Part shown: positions 25,650-38,995 of the stretch, in pieces
Position numbering within the stretch: the first letter of the stretch is position 1
Layout: every line of letters begins with the position of its first letter
Assembly (NCBI GenBank): GCA_964187785.1
Contig: OZ076409.1
Span: 70,372,001-70,436,000 of the forward strand
Direction: 5' to 3'
Source of the DNA: Amphiscolops sp. MND2022
Taxonomy: Eukaryota
DNA: 64,000 bases
Translations under genes and position numbers: made by a program
The notes under the pieces: model-generated
The model's database searches: none
What the model saw: only the letters and a program-made list of their open reading frames with translations
What the model was told of the DNA's origin: nothing

Positions 25650-25955
25650 CTGAAAGCGAAACATGTTCATTCAGTGACTGAAACGTGGAAAGACGTATAC
25701 CTAAAGAAGACGCTCAGTTGTAATGATGAGAAATACTTCTGTTGCTTTGATGCAACGAACGTGGATGAAGTACGTTATAAAATAATCGCAACCGTGATTA
25801 GAAATCTGCAACTAAAAATTTTCCGGAAAAAAGTATAATTAACCTTCATTCTCCTTCAATTAGAGAGAGAATTCTCAAAACTGAGCGTTGCAAAAAAATT
25901 CAAACGTAATAATTTAAACAAAGCATTCAATTTTTGGACGGGGAACGTCATACAG

Positions 25956-26239
25956 AGACATAATGTAATACACATCTAATATTCAAACAGCAGAATATTT
26001 GTTTACGTTGCAATCTGATAGGCTGAAATTTAATTGAATTCACGAAGTTGAAAACGCGTGTCTGATTTTCTCGGAAAAATTATTATAACGTAGTCAGCTA
26101 TGTTCTCATACCCCTAGTGCCCTAAATGCAGGAGCGAAGCGAAGCGACGTGCCATATGGCCATGCCTCAATGTTGCTACTTGGCGAAGGGAGCGAAGCGA
26201 CCGAGCCACCAGAAATTAGATGTTTATTACATTATGTCT
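25956..26239. mobile_element. Small TIR element carrying core-A
   Basis: IR AGACATAATGTAATACACATCTA / TAGATGTTTATTACATTATGTCT around the GAGCGAAGCGA-containing core. Confidence 0.65.
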
Positions 26240-26523
26240 GTAGTAGTTGACTCTTTTGGACTATAGACTTTTTATTGAATAAACTAGAGAAACCTCATAC
26301 AATTGAATGAAAAAATACGAATAATTAATTTTTAGTCAGCGCATTTTAGCAGAAAACACGCACGACTATTACACTGGCAAGTTTTTCTTTTTGTCAGATC
26401 ACACTCTCACACTGAATTGTGAGTACTGCTTTGAGTAATCAACTGACGATAGCTAAACCCTTTTGCTACTGAAAAAAGTCGATTTCCTAAATATATTTGA
26501 GGGATCCATTACCAATAGATATA

Positions 26524-27197
26524 GATTACCAGAAATTTCGTCGTGAGAAATTTCGTCGTCGGAAATTTCGTCGTCGGTGATTACGTTCTATAAAACGTCG
26601 CATTTTCTTTAATCTATTAGGAATTGTCTTATTGTTGATTCTTAAAATTTATCGATAATTGTGCAATAATTACTATCATTGACTACTTTTTGTCATGGTT
26701 TTTGGAGAGAAAAAGACCTTATAACTCTCCATATACACCTTGTTTCTTATCCCCCCAAAACGAAGTTGTTTCGACACTTAAATCAAAAATTTCCATTACC
26801 AAAGGATTTTTTTATTAATTATCTGACCAAAAAGCAAAAACTCCCCCTGGAGCAAGCTTGAATTGTATTGTAAAGCCCCGGTAAGTAGTTCCACCGGTAG
26901 GACTGAAAATATACCATTGCTTAATAAGCGTCTTGATGAGTTGATTGAATCCAATTAACTTTTTGACTCAATTTTGGTGTCAAAATGAAACCTGTTCTTA
27001 AGATCTCATTTTAATAATTAGGTAATTGTATAATTCAAATGATATCTTTTGATGAACGCTGTTATTCTAATCAATACGACGAAATTTCCGACGACGAATT
27101 TTCTGACGACGAAATTTCTGGATTTGCTAATACGACGAAATTTCTTACGACGAAACTTCTGACGACGAAATTTCTGGCGACGAAATTTCCGCCTCCC
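26524..27197. mobile_element. MITE with GAAATTTCGTCGT subterminal arrays
   Basis: Inverted arrays of a 15-bp-period motif at both ends; TAGATATA duplicated at 26516-23 and 27198-205. Confidence 0.7.
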
Positions 27198-27361
27198 TAG
27201 ATATAAACTGCAGGGTATGATTATCACCAAGACCAACTGAAAGCACCAAAAAATTTCCGTTTACTTTCAGAAATAGGCGGGATAGTGATATTTGTTTTAC
27301 ATACAAGGTTTGTAACAAAACATGCCGTTTCACATACATGTAACATCAATGTTCAATACTA

Positions 27362-27613
27362 ACAAGACGGGAACGTCTAAAGTCGTCTAAAATCTATGGC
27401 TCAAAAAAGTTTTGAAAGTATGCTCAGGACCTTTTTTATTCTTTGGTGGAAAGGGGAACCCTTCTGCTTCGGATGCGTTCATAACCAAGTACTTATGATA
27501 AAAGTGCACAGTCCACAAAAAGTGGTACGTGCAGGGTGAGCTCTGTGGTCTGACGAAAAAAACTAGCAACAGTAATAGTCGGGCACTTTTCTCAAGAAAA
27601 GCGCCGACTGAAA
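27362..27613 (-). mobile_element. Short HINE-like copy
   Basis: ACAAGACGGGAACGTC start, AGTCGGGCAC..GCGCCGACT hairpin end. Confidence 0.75.
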
Positions 27614-29395
27614 AAAAATCTGATATAACTATACACTTTTATTAATGTACCGCACAATTATTCAGTGTACCAGTTCACACCGCCTTTCACTCTTTTCGGT
27701 CTAAAAAAATACAAACACTGAGCGTATCTGACGTTTCGCATTCGTATTCAAATACAAGGCAAGGCACTCGGCGTACGAATGGTTAACACTCATTTGCTTA
27801 ATCTCAATGAAAGCGCTGTATCGCCGCAACGAGGATTAAATAAACTAGCTAAAAACTTGGAGCAGCACTGTCTCACTGCTACTGAATTGGCTAACAAATC
27901 GCGTCGGCAAAAAGGCCTAGAAAAAGATCACTTTCGGCTTACGCAGAAATATTATTACAGAAACAAGCCGGGAATGGCAATTATTTGAAAAATATATTCG
28001 ATAAGAGGACCCTGTTAGGCTTGAAAAATGGAAAAGTTTCTAAATCTGATGCATTCTTTGTCACCAAAAAAGTTATTGTGTTATGGTGTCTTGAAATGAA
28101 CACTCAGTCGCAGGTGCATATCCCGAATACTTTCAAATTCCTTATCAATCCCGAAAATAATAGTTATCAATGACGAATTGAACTACAAAAAATCCTTTGC
28201 AGAGTCAACCCGATTCGAGACGTTTAATGATTTCGTTCAACCATAATCGAATTGTTCAACCATATGGTTAAAAAGACGAATGGTTGAAAGATATTCAACA
28301 ATAACCATGGTGGTTAAACTTATCAAACTTCAAACATGTATTCACTGGAAAACATTAGCCAAAAAGTACATAGTTGAAAAAAATACGGCAACGCGCAGAC
28401 GAAAAATGGTATTGTGTAATACAGGAATTCCAAAATAATTGATAACAACAGTTCAGTGGTTAAAACGTTTCAACAATCTAACACAGCATGTGAAATGTGG
28501 TGACTTTCCAAAAACTTGGTATCGAAGCCATCATGTCGTTTGTAAACTAATGAGCAAACTGTATACTTCGAATTGGGCACGAGTTACACTGTTGGAAACC
28601 CGTGGAAAACAATGTGAAAATGATTATCGATTAATCGAAAAATTATTGCACAAAAGTCGCGTCGTGCAACTAGAATCGAAGCTCAAATTTTTCAGAAGTG
28701 CCAAATAGTCAGAAAAGGCTGAACCCTTTGGTGAAATGGAAGGAATCTCAATAAACGCACAGTATTGTAAGAAACTCAAAGGAACCCTTTGCTCTGTTGT
28801 AGTTTCGTAGGCTTGCAAAAATGTGAAAAATTGAGATCGAGGTACATTTTAGATATTAGGCTAGAAGCTTGTGTAAAGTCCTTTAAGTGGAATTGTCAAA
28901 CAGTGAGTTCGAAAAAAAAACTTTTTAATCCAAAGGGATTTTTGACACTGAGATTTTTCAAAAACTTCATAAAACAGCTTTTTAGAGTTTTTGCAAAACG
29001 TCGAGCTTTTTGAGCCTCAAGCGGGGCGCCGAGTTTAGACGTTCCCGTCTTGTTTTGCTTGATTTAGCTCCTGTATGATAATGTTATTCAAAGCTTTCAT
29101 TTTACTGGAATTATGTCCATATTTAATTCGTAGTTTATTTATTGTTTTGAACTAGCTTAATTTTAGTTTTACACCGCCAGAAATTTGATGTCAAGTAAGT
29201 AACCCCTAGACACGACTACCACCAGTATAGCGGGCAGAAGATAACAGGTGGACGAGCCAAAGATACCGCTCCAACCAATCCTAATTAGCTATAGATTCAT
29301 TATTAACTTCCTGAGTTAAAGGAAACTAGTTATCAAATGATGCATAGCATCTACGTTAAAGAGTGACCCAAGGTAGAAGGTCGAACTGGACCTAC

Positions 29396-29591
29396 AGGTG
29401 TGAATCAGCTTTGAAGGTAAGCCCCCCTGCGCTGTCGCCTCCCCCACTGCCGGTTGAGCCAAGAGACACCCTGGGACTCGACTGGGTTGCGGGCGCCGTC
29501 TCGTTGATTGTAGCCACATTGGTGGATGATTCATTCTGGGCTTTCTTCAGCTGCGTAGCGAGAGGCTTGAAGAATTTCAACTGTGATCCAA
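29396..29591 (-). CDS. ERG-like gene, N-terminal linker exon
   Basis: TTTTAG acceptor (phase 1), GSQLKFFKPLATQLKK...ADSH, GTAGGT donor (phase 2) matching the next exon; GC-richer than flanks. Confidence 0.75.
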
Positions 29592-30859
29592 CTAAAATAT
29601 TGCAGAGTGGTAAACATTAAAAACCCAAAATAACTAAAATGAATTTTAAAAAACGAGCATTCATAAAATGATAAACGGGTAACCGATTGCACCAAGTACA
29701 ACATTCACGTGAGTGGGGGATCGCTGACACCTGTGTACCAGCGATGTCATCTCAAGACTCCGCTAATTTTCCAAGAATATGATTTTAGCATGTTAATGAC
29801 AAACATTTTGTAGCAAAGACATTGTCAAAAAGGGGAAATTTAATGTAAATGATGGGGAAAGCATCCATTCAATTTTGATAGCAATAGCGCAGGCAAATGG
29901 GATCACAAAAACTTCCATTCACAAGTTGTCATCAAATTCTTATTTCAAACTGTATTTCTTTCATGCTTGAGTGAAACATTGGTTATTTGAAAAATTTCCT
30001 CCTGCTTGCATTGATGCATGTCCTAAAACATTGGAAAAGCTTTTCACGAAGTATTCTATAGGAGCACTCAGTTGCAGCAAATTAGAACTTATTTAAAAAC
30101 TGTATCAAAGGAAAGCAATAACTTTGAAGAACTTCTTGAATGGTATTAGAAACGATTTTCATGGCTTACGCTTCACTATAATTATGGTGAAAACATACAT
30201 GAAAGGAAAATGAAGTTGAAACAAACCAAATGGAAATTGATCGAATTGGAACCGTTTAAAGTTGTCCCGAGCAGAGTGCCTTTCAAGAATGTTACCGTGA
30301 AAAACGTTATCGATCCATGAACGAAAAGTAAAGAAAGATCGTCCTGTTCTCATCATTGAATTAAACATCGGAACATAGCTAACAATAATTTTCATGCATA
30401 AAATTTAACCGAAGCCTTTTTTTCCATTTTCTATGCTACTCAAGTTAATCTATACGCTTTATCTGTCGATGCAGTTTTTCCATCAAGAAGATATGTCTAA
30501 ATATAGGAATTCGTAGACGTCGAACCCAATTCGATGGGAAAATTGCACCAACAAAGTAAGCAAACTGAAGTTTCAAAAATTTGCTAACTCAATTTTCGAG
30601 CAAACAATTACATACCTATTCATGGCATGCTTTTTCACAACTTTCCAAATATTGATGACACCGATGCTCCTGAGTTGACAACGATGAAATGCGAAAAGAG
30701 ACACTAATCCTCCATCACCGTTGAGGTTTCACTTTTTCAACACAGAGGCGAAGCCGTGCTTCGCAAACACTTGCGCAGGTTGCGAACTTTAGAAGAGAAC
30801 CAAATAAGCAAAATCATACGGAGAACCAAGTGTAAAAAGACATTGTTAAAATTTAATCA

Positions 30860-31700
30860 ATTTTACAGCGCCAAAAAATACCCGAAGGGATACGCATAAA
30901 TCAAATTTCGAAAACCATTTTCCCCAACTGGAAACAGCAAAAACCTATCTTTCTCAACCGGAAACATTAAAAAAAAACAGAAAAATAAGGAAAAAATTCG
31001 AAATTTTTCGAAAAATTTTTTAAAGAAGGTCTCCGGTAAGTCGCATAGTGCCGAAAACCTTGAGCAGTCCTTTATCCTCGCAAAACGTTTCATTTTAAGT
31101 AAAAATTGAGGGAGTCTTTAAAAACTAAATTCGGATATAGCGTGCAGAAAACCTCAGAAAACCAAATTTTAAGACAAAAACTATTCATTTTGAAATTTCT
31201 CACAATGCCGAAAACTGTAAAAGGGGGCCCTTTGAGATTATTTAACAACCATTCTGTTGCAAAATTTCAAAAATAAATTGAGTCTTTGAAAAATTTTTGA
31301 AAAAAAAACAAAAAACGAGAATTTTTGACAGTCGCATAGTGCCGAAAAATCTGAAAGACGGGACCCTTTGGGATTTTTTAACATTCGTTCTGTTGCAAAA
31401 TATCAAAACAAATTGAAGGGAGGACCCTTTGGGGACAATTTTCGAAAAAAAAGTCTCAAAGCCGAAAAAAGGGAGGAGTCTCATATTGCCGAAAAAGTAA
31501 GAACCTTCTGCTTCGGAATACTTGTAAAAAAAATTAGCGCATACTCACGGGTTCGAACACACGATGAAAAGCAAGCATCTTACCACTAGACCACGAACGT
31601 CTAAACTATGCGACTTGCGGGCTGAAACGAGTTGTCGCGCGGAAAAAAAAACACCCGCACTTTCCCATAACACTTGCTTATCGCAAGTGTAACAAGTGAC
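30860..31700. repeat. HINE-family internal sequence including a tRNA-derived segment (31538-31596, minus)
   Basis: GTCGCATAGTGCCGAAAA and GGGACCCTTT modules. The minus strand has an A-box (TGGTCTAGTGG) and B-box (GTTCGAACC). Confidence 0.55.
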
Positions 31701-32190
31701 AAACTATGAAAAAGAGGAATAAAAAAGAAGAAACTAAATTACGGTGGCCTTGACGACAGACCTGTAATCAAAGAATGGAACTTGTATTTAGTGTTATTGT
31801 TTGAAACGCTATTTTTCCCTAACTCTTCAAAACTAATGATTACCATGAGAAAAAGAAAGCTTTAAGTTTGTGAAACTCAATCGACTTTGCATTCATTCAA
31901 ATTTATTTAAAACTTCTACGGAAAATAATGCCAAAATTAGCGAATAACACCTGTCTATGCATTAAGACTCAGATTTGGTTTCCGATCTTTTAGAAGACTT
32001 CAGAAACAAATTCAATAGATTTTTTGAAACTTCCAATTCATCAGTCTACTGATTGCTGTCACATGAAGACCTTTTTACAAGTCCTGTTCGAAGAAATCTA
32101 CATTCTCCATTTAAAATGAATTCGGTATTTTTTAGGGATTGAGGATAGAGCTTAGTCTCGAGGAAAACTGATTTTGTTTTTAATGGTAAA

Positions 32191-32674
32191 TTTGATCACG
32201 TGTCCCTCTTGTTCAGGGACCTATATGGGGCAAACTGTTCGACACTTACATGTACGCGTTAAGGAACATGGACGAAAAGGTACCCCCGTTGCAGATCACT
32301 TTGTTAAATGTGGCGTCGGGGTTAAATGTTAAATTTATAATGTAGAGATCCTGGACAGTGCCTACAACTTGAAATTGTTACTCACATTGGAAGCATTATA
32401 CATTCGGCAACGGCGACCTGGACTGAACACTCGAGATGAATTCAGAAGTCGCGCTCTCTCCTACGTATTTTAGCCCCCCCCATCTGACCTCGCCATTGAT
32501 GCTTTCTGACAACTTGCTGTCGATGTTTATTTATCTATTTGTTCCAGTTTAATTTGATATCTTGTATGACTGTTTATCCATCGAAGTCATTTCAGACAAG
32601 TAATGTAACTGATGATGATCTGTTTAAGGATCGAAAAGCTTTTTAAATATACATTGACATTGCTTTTCCCGAAA
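32191..32674 (+). mobile_element. 5'-truncated Penelope-like element (GIY-YIG C-terminus + 3' UTR)
   Basis: ITCPSCSGTYMGQTVRHLHVRVKEH...EILDSA..LLTLEALYIRQRRPGLN; flanking 11-bp direct repeat TTAATGGTAAA (32180-90, 32675-85). Confidence 0.85.
32602..32655 (+). ncRNA. Minimal type-I hammerhead ribozyme variant
   Basis: Stem I AATGTA/TACATT, CTGATGA core, stem II GATCT/GGATC, GAAA, palindromic AAAAGCTTTT in place of stem III. Confidence 0.7.
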
Positions 32675-33539
32675 TTAATGGTAAACATTAGGGAATTTCG
32701 ATTGTAATTAGTGGATGATGGATATCTTAAACACGTTGAAAGGCGAATAATGCAACTGCATTTCATGAGACTTTAAACCAGACTATTAGAAGATTCCAAG
32801 AAAAATTGAAATTCGAAGACTCATACTGTTGGTGAAACTTTTGAGAAAGAGAGGAAAGCAAACTAGGCTAAAACCCGGGAAACTTTTGTTTCTATCACTT
32901 TTAGGAACAATTTATAACAGCTTTCGAAGATCTGATTGATTAGACGGTCCAAGCTAAATCTGACAGGATCAATTCTTTCATCACACGACTAGAAAGCGTT
33001 TTCCACGTTGCAACCTTGTTGAAAACTTTATTCAATTTGAACCACGCACATGGGCCAATGGTCGTGAGAACAAGAAGGCAATCAGAATCTGCTTCAGAAC
33101 AAGTAGAAAAGGTTCATCAAACATCAGGGGGATCAGTTTGAAACTAGCAAAAAATCTCAGACTTGAAAAAAACATCACTCATCAAAAAATACCCAAACAA
33201 TATCGGTACAGGGACATTTGGCTGCACGCGTATTTAATATGAATATGAGTTGGGATATGAACAACGTTTAAAACGAACTTTCCAGTGTAATTGATGTCTG
33301 TGGTCTGGTTAAAAACAAGACGCCTGATGACGGAAAAAAGATTTTCCGTCCAAACGGTTCTAGCAACGACATATTTTTGAGACTCAAGAGTAGCCATTGC
33401 ACTATGAAAACGCATAGATGATGAAAAAAGGTTGGAAAATTTTTGAATATTTTCTTCCCATTTCAGAGGGAAACACTTCAAGAACACACCAAACACCTAT
33501 TTTTTGTCGGCTTGTGTGTTTACTAAACCTAACCAATTT

Positions 33540-35720
33540 TTTTTATCATTTTGCGCGAAGTCGCCAAAAATGTCAAAATTTGTAAAATATTGTTTTCGAC
33601 AACATTGCGGTCATTCGAAAAACTTTTCGAAGGAACTGTAGATGTCTTTTTAAAAACGCCTATCGGATAACGGGTCAAATCGTTCTTGAATTACAAAATT
33701 GCTCGAAAGGTTTACAAAAAAGTAAATCAACATTTTAAAAACAAAAAGGATTCTTCACTTATTTCAAGTCGTTCTGACAAACTTTTTACATACAAAAATG
33801 TAAATATCATTTTTTGAACATTCTGCCAGCCTGTTTAAAAAAATTAGACTTTTTGAAAACTACGAAATTTTGATAACTTTCAATAAAAATTATCTAATTT
33901 GACAAACAAATTATCGGGGTCGTTTTGAGGCTCTAATCTATCGTGAAACCGCAATTGACCTTCAAAAAGCCTACTGAATAACGCATTCGTTCGCTGTTGA
34001 ACTCAAAATTCAATGTTTAAAACTTCAAAACTTCGAAAAAAAACAGGATTAAAAACGCCGAAAAATTTGAAAACTTTGAATTTTTGGTTATTTTAGGGTC
34101 ATTTTGAGGCTCTTCCCGAACATGAAACTGCAATTGATTTTCAAAAAGTCAACTCTACTTCGGGTTTGTTTGCTGTTGAATATTTTCACTTTTTAATAAA
34201 CGAAATTTACGAAATTTCCAATAAAAATTGATTCTCCGAAAAAGTTTCGGATTTTCGACTCATTTGGGTCCTTCTGAGATAATGTTCAACCTAGTAAACT
34301 ACAAAGTTTTCCTTCAAAAGGCGTACTGCATAGCTTGATAAACCGTCGGGAGCTTCAGGACCATCTAGTTTCACAATCACTAAAATTGTCAAAAAAATGA
34401 AACCGGATATTTTATAGTTTTCGGTTCAGATTGAGACATTTTCCAAACACAAATCAGCAAATACTTCCCACAAAATCCAACTGGATATCAACTTCACTTG
34501 CTGTTGTACCATTTTATTTTTTTAACCATCGAAACGTTTCGAAAATTCACAGACATTGCACAAAAACGTTTGAAATGTCAATTCTACCTTCCGACTCACT
34601 GGTGGTTTTGAAGTAGTTCTGATGTAAAACACTGTAACTTCCTCATCAAAAAAAGAAACTACATACCTGATTCTTTCGCCTTTGACTGCTTTCAACCTTC
34701 TAACTAACAAAAATTCTTAAACATTGCACTCAAATAACATGAAGAAGCTACATAAACTGCAAATGTTTGGATTTTCGACCAATTTTGGGTCAAATTAAAT
34801 CTGTTTTATCAGAAACCGGCACTTATCCCTTCAAACAGCCGTCTGGACAACGCATTCATTAGCTGTTGAACAGTTTTAGAATTTTAATCTAAGAGAACGT
34901 TGAAAATTTTTACAAAAAATGCATTGGAAATTCGAAAATTTTTTTAATAGGTATTTTTTGACTATTTTGGGATCATTGTCGCAATTTTTTTTTACAAAAC
35001 TGCATTAATCTCATCACAAAACCTATTGAACAACGGATTCATTCGTTGTTGAACGTTTTCAACGTTCTGATTAATTTAATCTGAAAATTGGACAAAAGTT
35101 GCATAAAAACGATAAAAATTGGTACATTTTGGAGTTTTTGTCATTCTTGGTCGCATTTTGAGACTTTTTCATTAAAAACTGCGTCTATTTCTTCACAAAA
35201 GCCTCCCAGACATCGAACTGGTTCCTTGTTGAACGTCTTTAAAATTCTAAGCCAGCAGGTCTTTCGAAAAATAGACGAAACTTGCATGAAATTTTTAAAA
35301 ATCTGGGAATTTTAAAAAATATTTTGGGATTTTTGTCAAGTTCGGGCTAAATTTGAGGCATTTTTTCAAAACAAGTTGCATTTATCTCTTCGAAAAAAAC
35401 CTCTTGAACAACGAAGTCTTTCCTTGTTAAACCTTTTTAACTTTCTAAGCAAGCAAGTGAATCAAACATTTGACAAACAAAAATTGCATAAAAAGTTAAA
35501 AATCTGAACTTTTTGGAATTTTTTTCAATTTCGGTCTCAATTTGAGGTTGTTTTTCCATTGAAAATTGCATTTTTTCCTTCTAAAAAGCCTCTTGGATAA
35601 CGAAATATTTTCCCCTTTTGAACGTTTTCAACAATGTAAGCCACGAAATCTATCGAAAATTTGACAAAAATTGCATAGAAACGTCGAAAATCGGAAAACG
35701 TAAATAATATCCTTTTCAAT
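33540..35720. repeat. Highly diverged tandem array, period about 180 bp
   Basis: Recurring GGGTCATTTTGAGGC..AAACTGCA..TTCAAAAAGCC..GTTGAA module near 33917, 34097, 34265, 34787, 34968, 35148, 35344, 35532. Confidence 0.7.
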
Positions 35721-36902
35721 ATGAAATATGGACGGAAAATAATAATGAGACGCTGCAACAATCGGGCAATCTTTCTCCGCCGACCAAAGAATTAAAAGCA
35801 GAATACTATTTGGAATTGAGCTATGATCAAAAAGCATATACAACATCATGATTTTAAGTCATAGAATTAACATGCAGTATGAGTGTTTCATTCTTGGGGC
35901 TCTCCGATCAAAGCTTTTCCTGTTTTGTCATTTACAACCTGAAGCATGGTCAAATCACTTCAACCAGCTTCAATGCGCGAACCATTTGCTCCTTTGGTGT
36001 GCATGAAATCGCTTAACAGTAGCAGCATCATAGGAAATAGCATCACATTGATTCAAAAAATCTTTTAAAGAATTCAATTCTACAATGTGTAACCATATTC
36101 CAACGGTTGTGATTTGCATGAATTAAACATTAGATGACTCAATTCTCAGTCTGAGAGTAGCCAGGGGTTGCTAAGATAAGAATGCATTAAGCTAAGATAG
36201 GTCAGGGTAAGTAAGCACCATATGCATGTCTGTCAATTTGGAGTATGAAGTGAAATTGAAAAATGAAAGGGAGGCATCAGTTGACAGATCCCATGCAAAC
36301 GAAGCAATGTCCACGGTGGCAGATATCTAAGAGGTATCCTGTTGTATTCCTTAATTCCTTCCTTCTCTAGCTCCTTGCTTTTACATTCCTACTCGCTCTG
36401 TTTTGTACCTACAATAGGTTAAGCAAACAAGAGCGTTGAATTGGATGCACCATTCCGTGTAATTTGATGCCAACTTTGAACAAACATATATCATCTCATC
36501 GTGGAATTCGATGCGCGGGGAATTCCGTCCTAGTTCACCGATTGACAAGGGAGTTCTTCATAGTCAAAGGGCTCTTGGTAAAAAGGAGGACCGAGAATGC
36601 TAATTTCACATTCTGGTCACGAAGCAATAAAAAGAGAAAAGACATAGCAACCGACCACCCATTCAGGATGATCCTTCAAAATTAATGGCCCATGGGACAC
36701 AAATTGTGAACGAAATTCCTGGTTAAGAGTACATATTTCACGTAATATTTTCCCTTCAAAAAGTTCTTGCGAGTCAGAATTGAACAATTTATAAACTAGT
36801 CAACTTGATAATATTTTCGAATGTATTTACGTAAGACCGTTGCTGAAACTGCAAGGAGCATCTGTATATTGCAGCACATTCAAGATCAACTAATAATATT
36901 AC

Positions 36903-37010
36903 AACGAACGCGCCCCAGCTTCTTTGATGGGCGAAAACATTTCCGTTTTCTGGCTTTGAATGCACGCGGTCTTTTTATTTTGCTCAGAATTGAACCAGTA
37001 ACCGCTTCAC
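36903..37010 (-). CDS. ERG-like gene, candidate 108-nt basic exon
   Basis: T-run plus CATGCGCTTCCAG acceptor, GTAATA donor, phase 1-1, open frame GEAVTGSILSKIKRPRAFKARKRKCFRPSKKLGRVR. Confidence 0.55.
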
Positions 37011-38481
37011 CTGGAAGCGCATGAAAAAAAAAACAAAATTATGAATATCTACGAAGTTAACGGAGCATATTGATTGGCTAATTTGCATTGTTTCCAGAGC
37101 AAAAAGTTTCAGAAGCAAGACCATTTCAAAGCTTAAACCTTGAAGTTACAAAAAAGTTGTTGACACCGATTGAACGTGCTGTACATTCTAAAGCGAAACC
37201 AATGCAAGATTAGAGCATGTTTCTTTTCTCTCAAAAAACGCTGAATAAAATCAAAATAGTAAAATATGTAGTGCGCAGGGGGAGGTAAGAAAATATAGCT
37301 GTGTCAGGACAAGTGGGAAGAAATTTGGAAAATTGATGAACACTCATGATGGGAAAACTTACAATGAGAATTTTCATTATACTCTTCTTCTAACACAACA
37401 TGAACGTCGTTATGAATATATTAGTCCTTCAAATAAAATATTTCATTCATAAGCGAGGTTGATGAGGAAAGATTTCCCAACTCGATTATTCCATCCAAAG
37501 ACTATGCGCTTGGCACTTTCAAAATACGTCTATACCAACCATTTGTAAAAAAATCAAGAAATAATGAGAAACTCATCCTAAAATTTTGATTTCAATTCCA
37601 AAATCTTGGAAATTTCCGTTCGGCTGAATCCATTTTGAAACGTTACTTTTTTCTATTGACCAGTCTATTGTAGTACTTTCATGTCAGGTACTCAAGGTAT
37701 ACAAGAATTACAAGAGAAAGACGCCGACGAAAAAACTACCATCTCCATTTGACATCACTTTTAATTTTTGAAACATTAGACAACATGTGAGTGTCTTCGG
37801 TAGCATTCATAATGAAATGCACTTGCATTGAATTCCCATCTTTAGACATATCATACAAGCTACGGAGGAAGCAGTTTTACAGTCATTTCCGTAACCACCA
37901 ATGCCTCGAGGATGTGACGGAACTAACTCTTTTCAAGACAATAATACATAATAATTCACAGGATGACTAGACACAAGATGTGCTCACAAATTTGTCCGAA
38001 AGCACATCTTACACAGGTAAAATTTATTTTATAAAGATCTGGTCTATTAACAATAAGACTAGGAGTGATACTTGGTCAAGAACATTATATCATCCCCACT
38101 AATGACAATCAGCAAGAGCATTGATTTCCGATGATTTTTATTCGAATTTTCATCACTGGTAACCATTGAGCAGTTCAAATTTATGGCCATGGCAATTTTC
38201 TAAAAAAAAACTTGTCAAAAATTATCATGGTGGACAGCATCTATCTCACATAAAATGTTTAGTTGATATCACAAACACCCAAGCCATACATACATTGATT
38301 CAATTGTTTGCAGTTCCAAAGTTTTTCATCAGCTCTAACATAAAATTGAGATTTCCACTCAAAGGGTAAATTCTACAGGAAGTATTAACAGTCATCTGAG
38401 TTTCATCTACATGGGACGATCATACAAACTATATATACATGCACTCAGCGCAGATACATTCAGCCGCACGTTTTAGCTTAC

Positions 38482-38508
38482 CCTGAACAGTGCTTCGCAA
38501 AAGTCGCC
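38482..38508 (-). CDS. ERG-like gene, 27-nt micro-exon
   Basis: TTTTCTTTTCAG acceptor and GTAAGC donor flank 27 nt; phase 1-1, open frame (WRLLRSTVQ). Confidence 0.7.
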
Positions 38509-38843
38509 CTGAAAAGAAAAAATTAGGTTGAGAACTCGAAGAATAAACTTTTCCGTTTGCTATTGATAAAAAATTCAAGGTGACTCCGTTAACAATTTTA
38601 ACTGTTCATTCAACTCATGTACCTCAATTATTCAAAAATAGCCTTTCAGCGATTTTGGTGCAGAATTGACTGTCCAAAATGCTTTTGTTCAGAGAATGTT
38701 GGCTTAGAAAGAGCCAACATGTGCAGGTAAAATGCTAGTTTTAGACTTTTTCGAATTTATTCGTTCTTTTCCAAAAGAAGGTCGATTGTCATTTTTTCAG
38801 AATAACGTTTCCCTGGACAAGTAGCAGGTAAGTTGCGGTGAAG

Positions 38844-38995
38844 GGCCAGTTGGTCTAGAGGTTAGAGGAGTATGATTCTGAGTAGGTAGAGGAGTTGCCG
38901 GTTCAATTCTGGCCAAAGTCGCAATTTTTCATAGGATGGCGTAGTGGTTAACAGCAAGGTTTCTAGGCAGAGGGAGCCTTTCCCGGCTCGTTCTA
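38844..38995 (+). pseudogene. tRNA-derived sequence (tRNA-Pro-like unit plus a second degenerate tRNA-like unit)
   Basis: GGCCAGTTGGTCTAGAGG..GTATGATTCT..CCGGTTCAATTCTGG, T-run, then GGATGGCGTAGTGGTTAA. The cloverleaf is broken. Confidence 0.55.
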
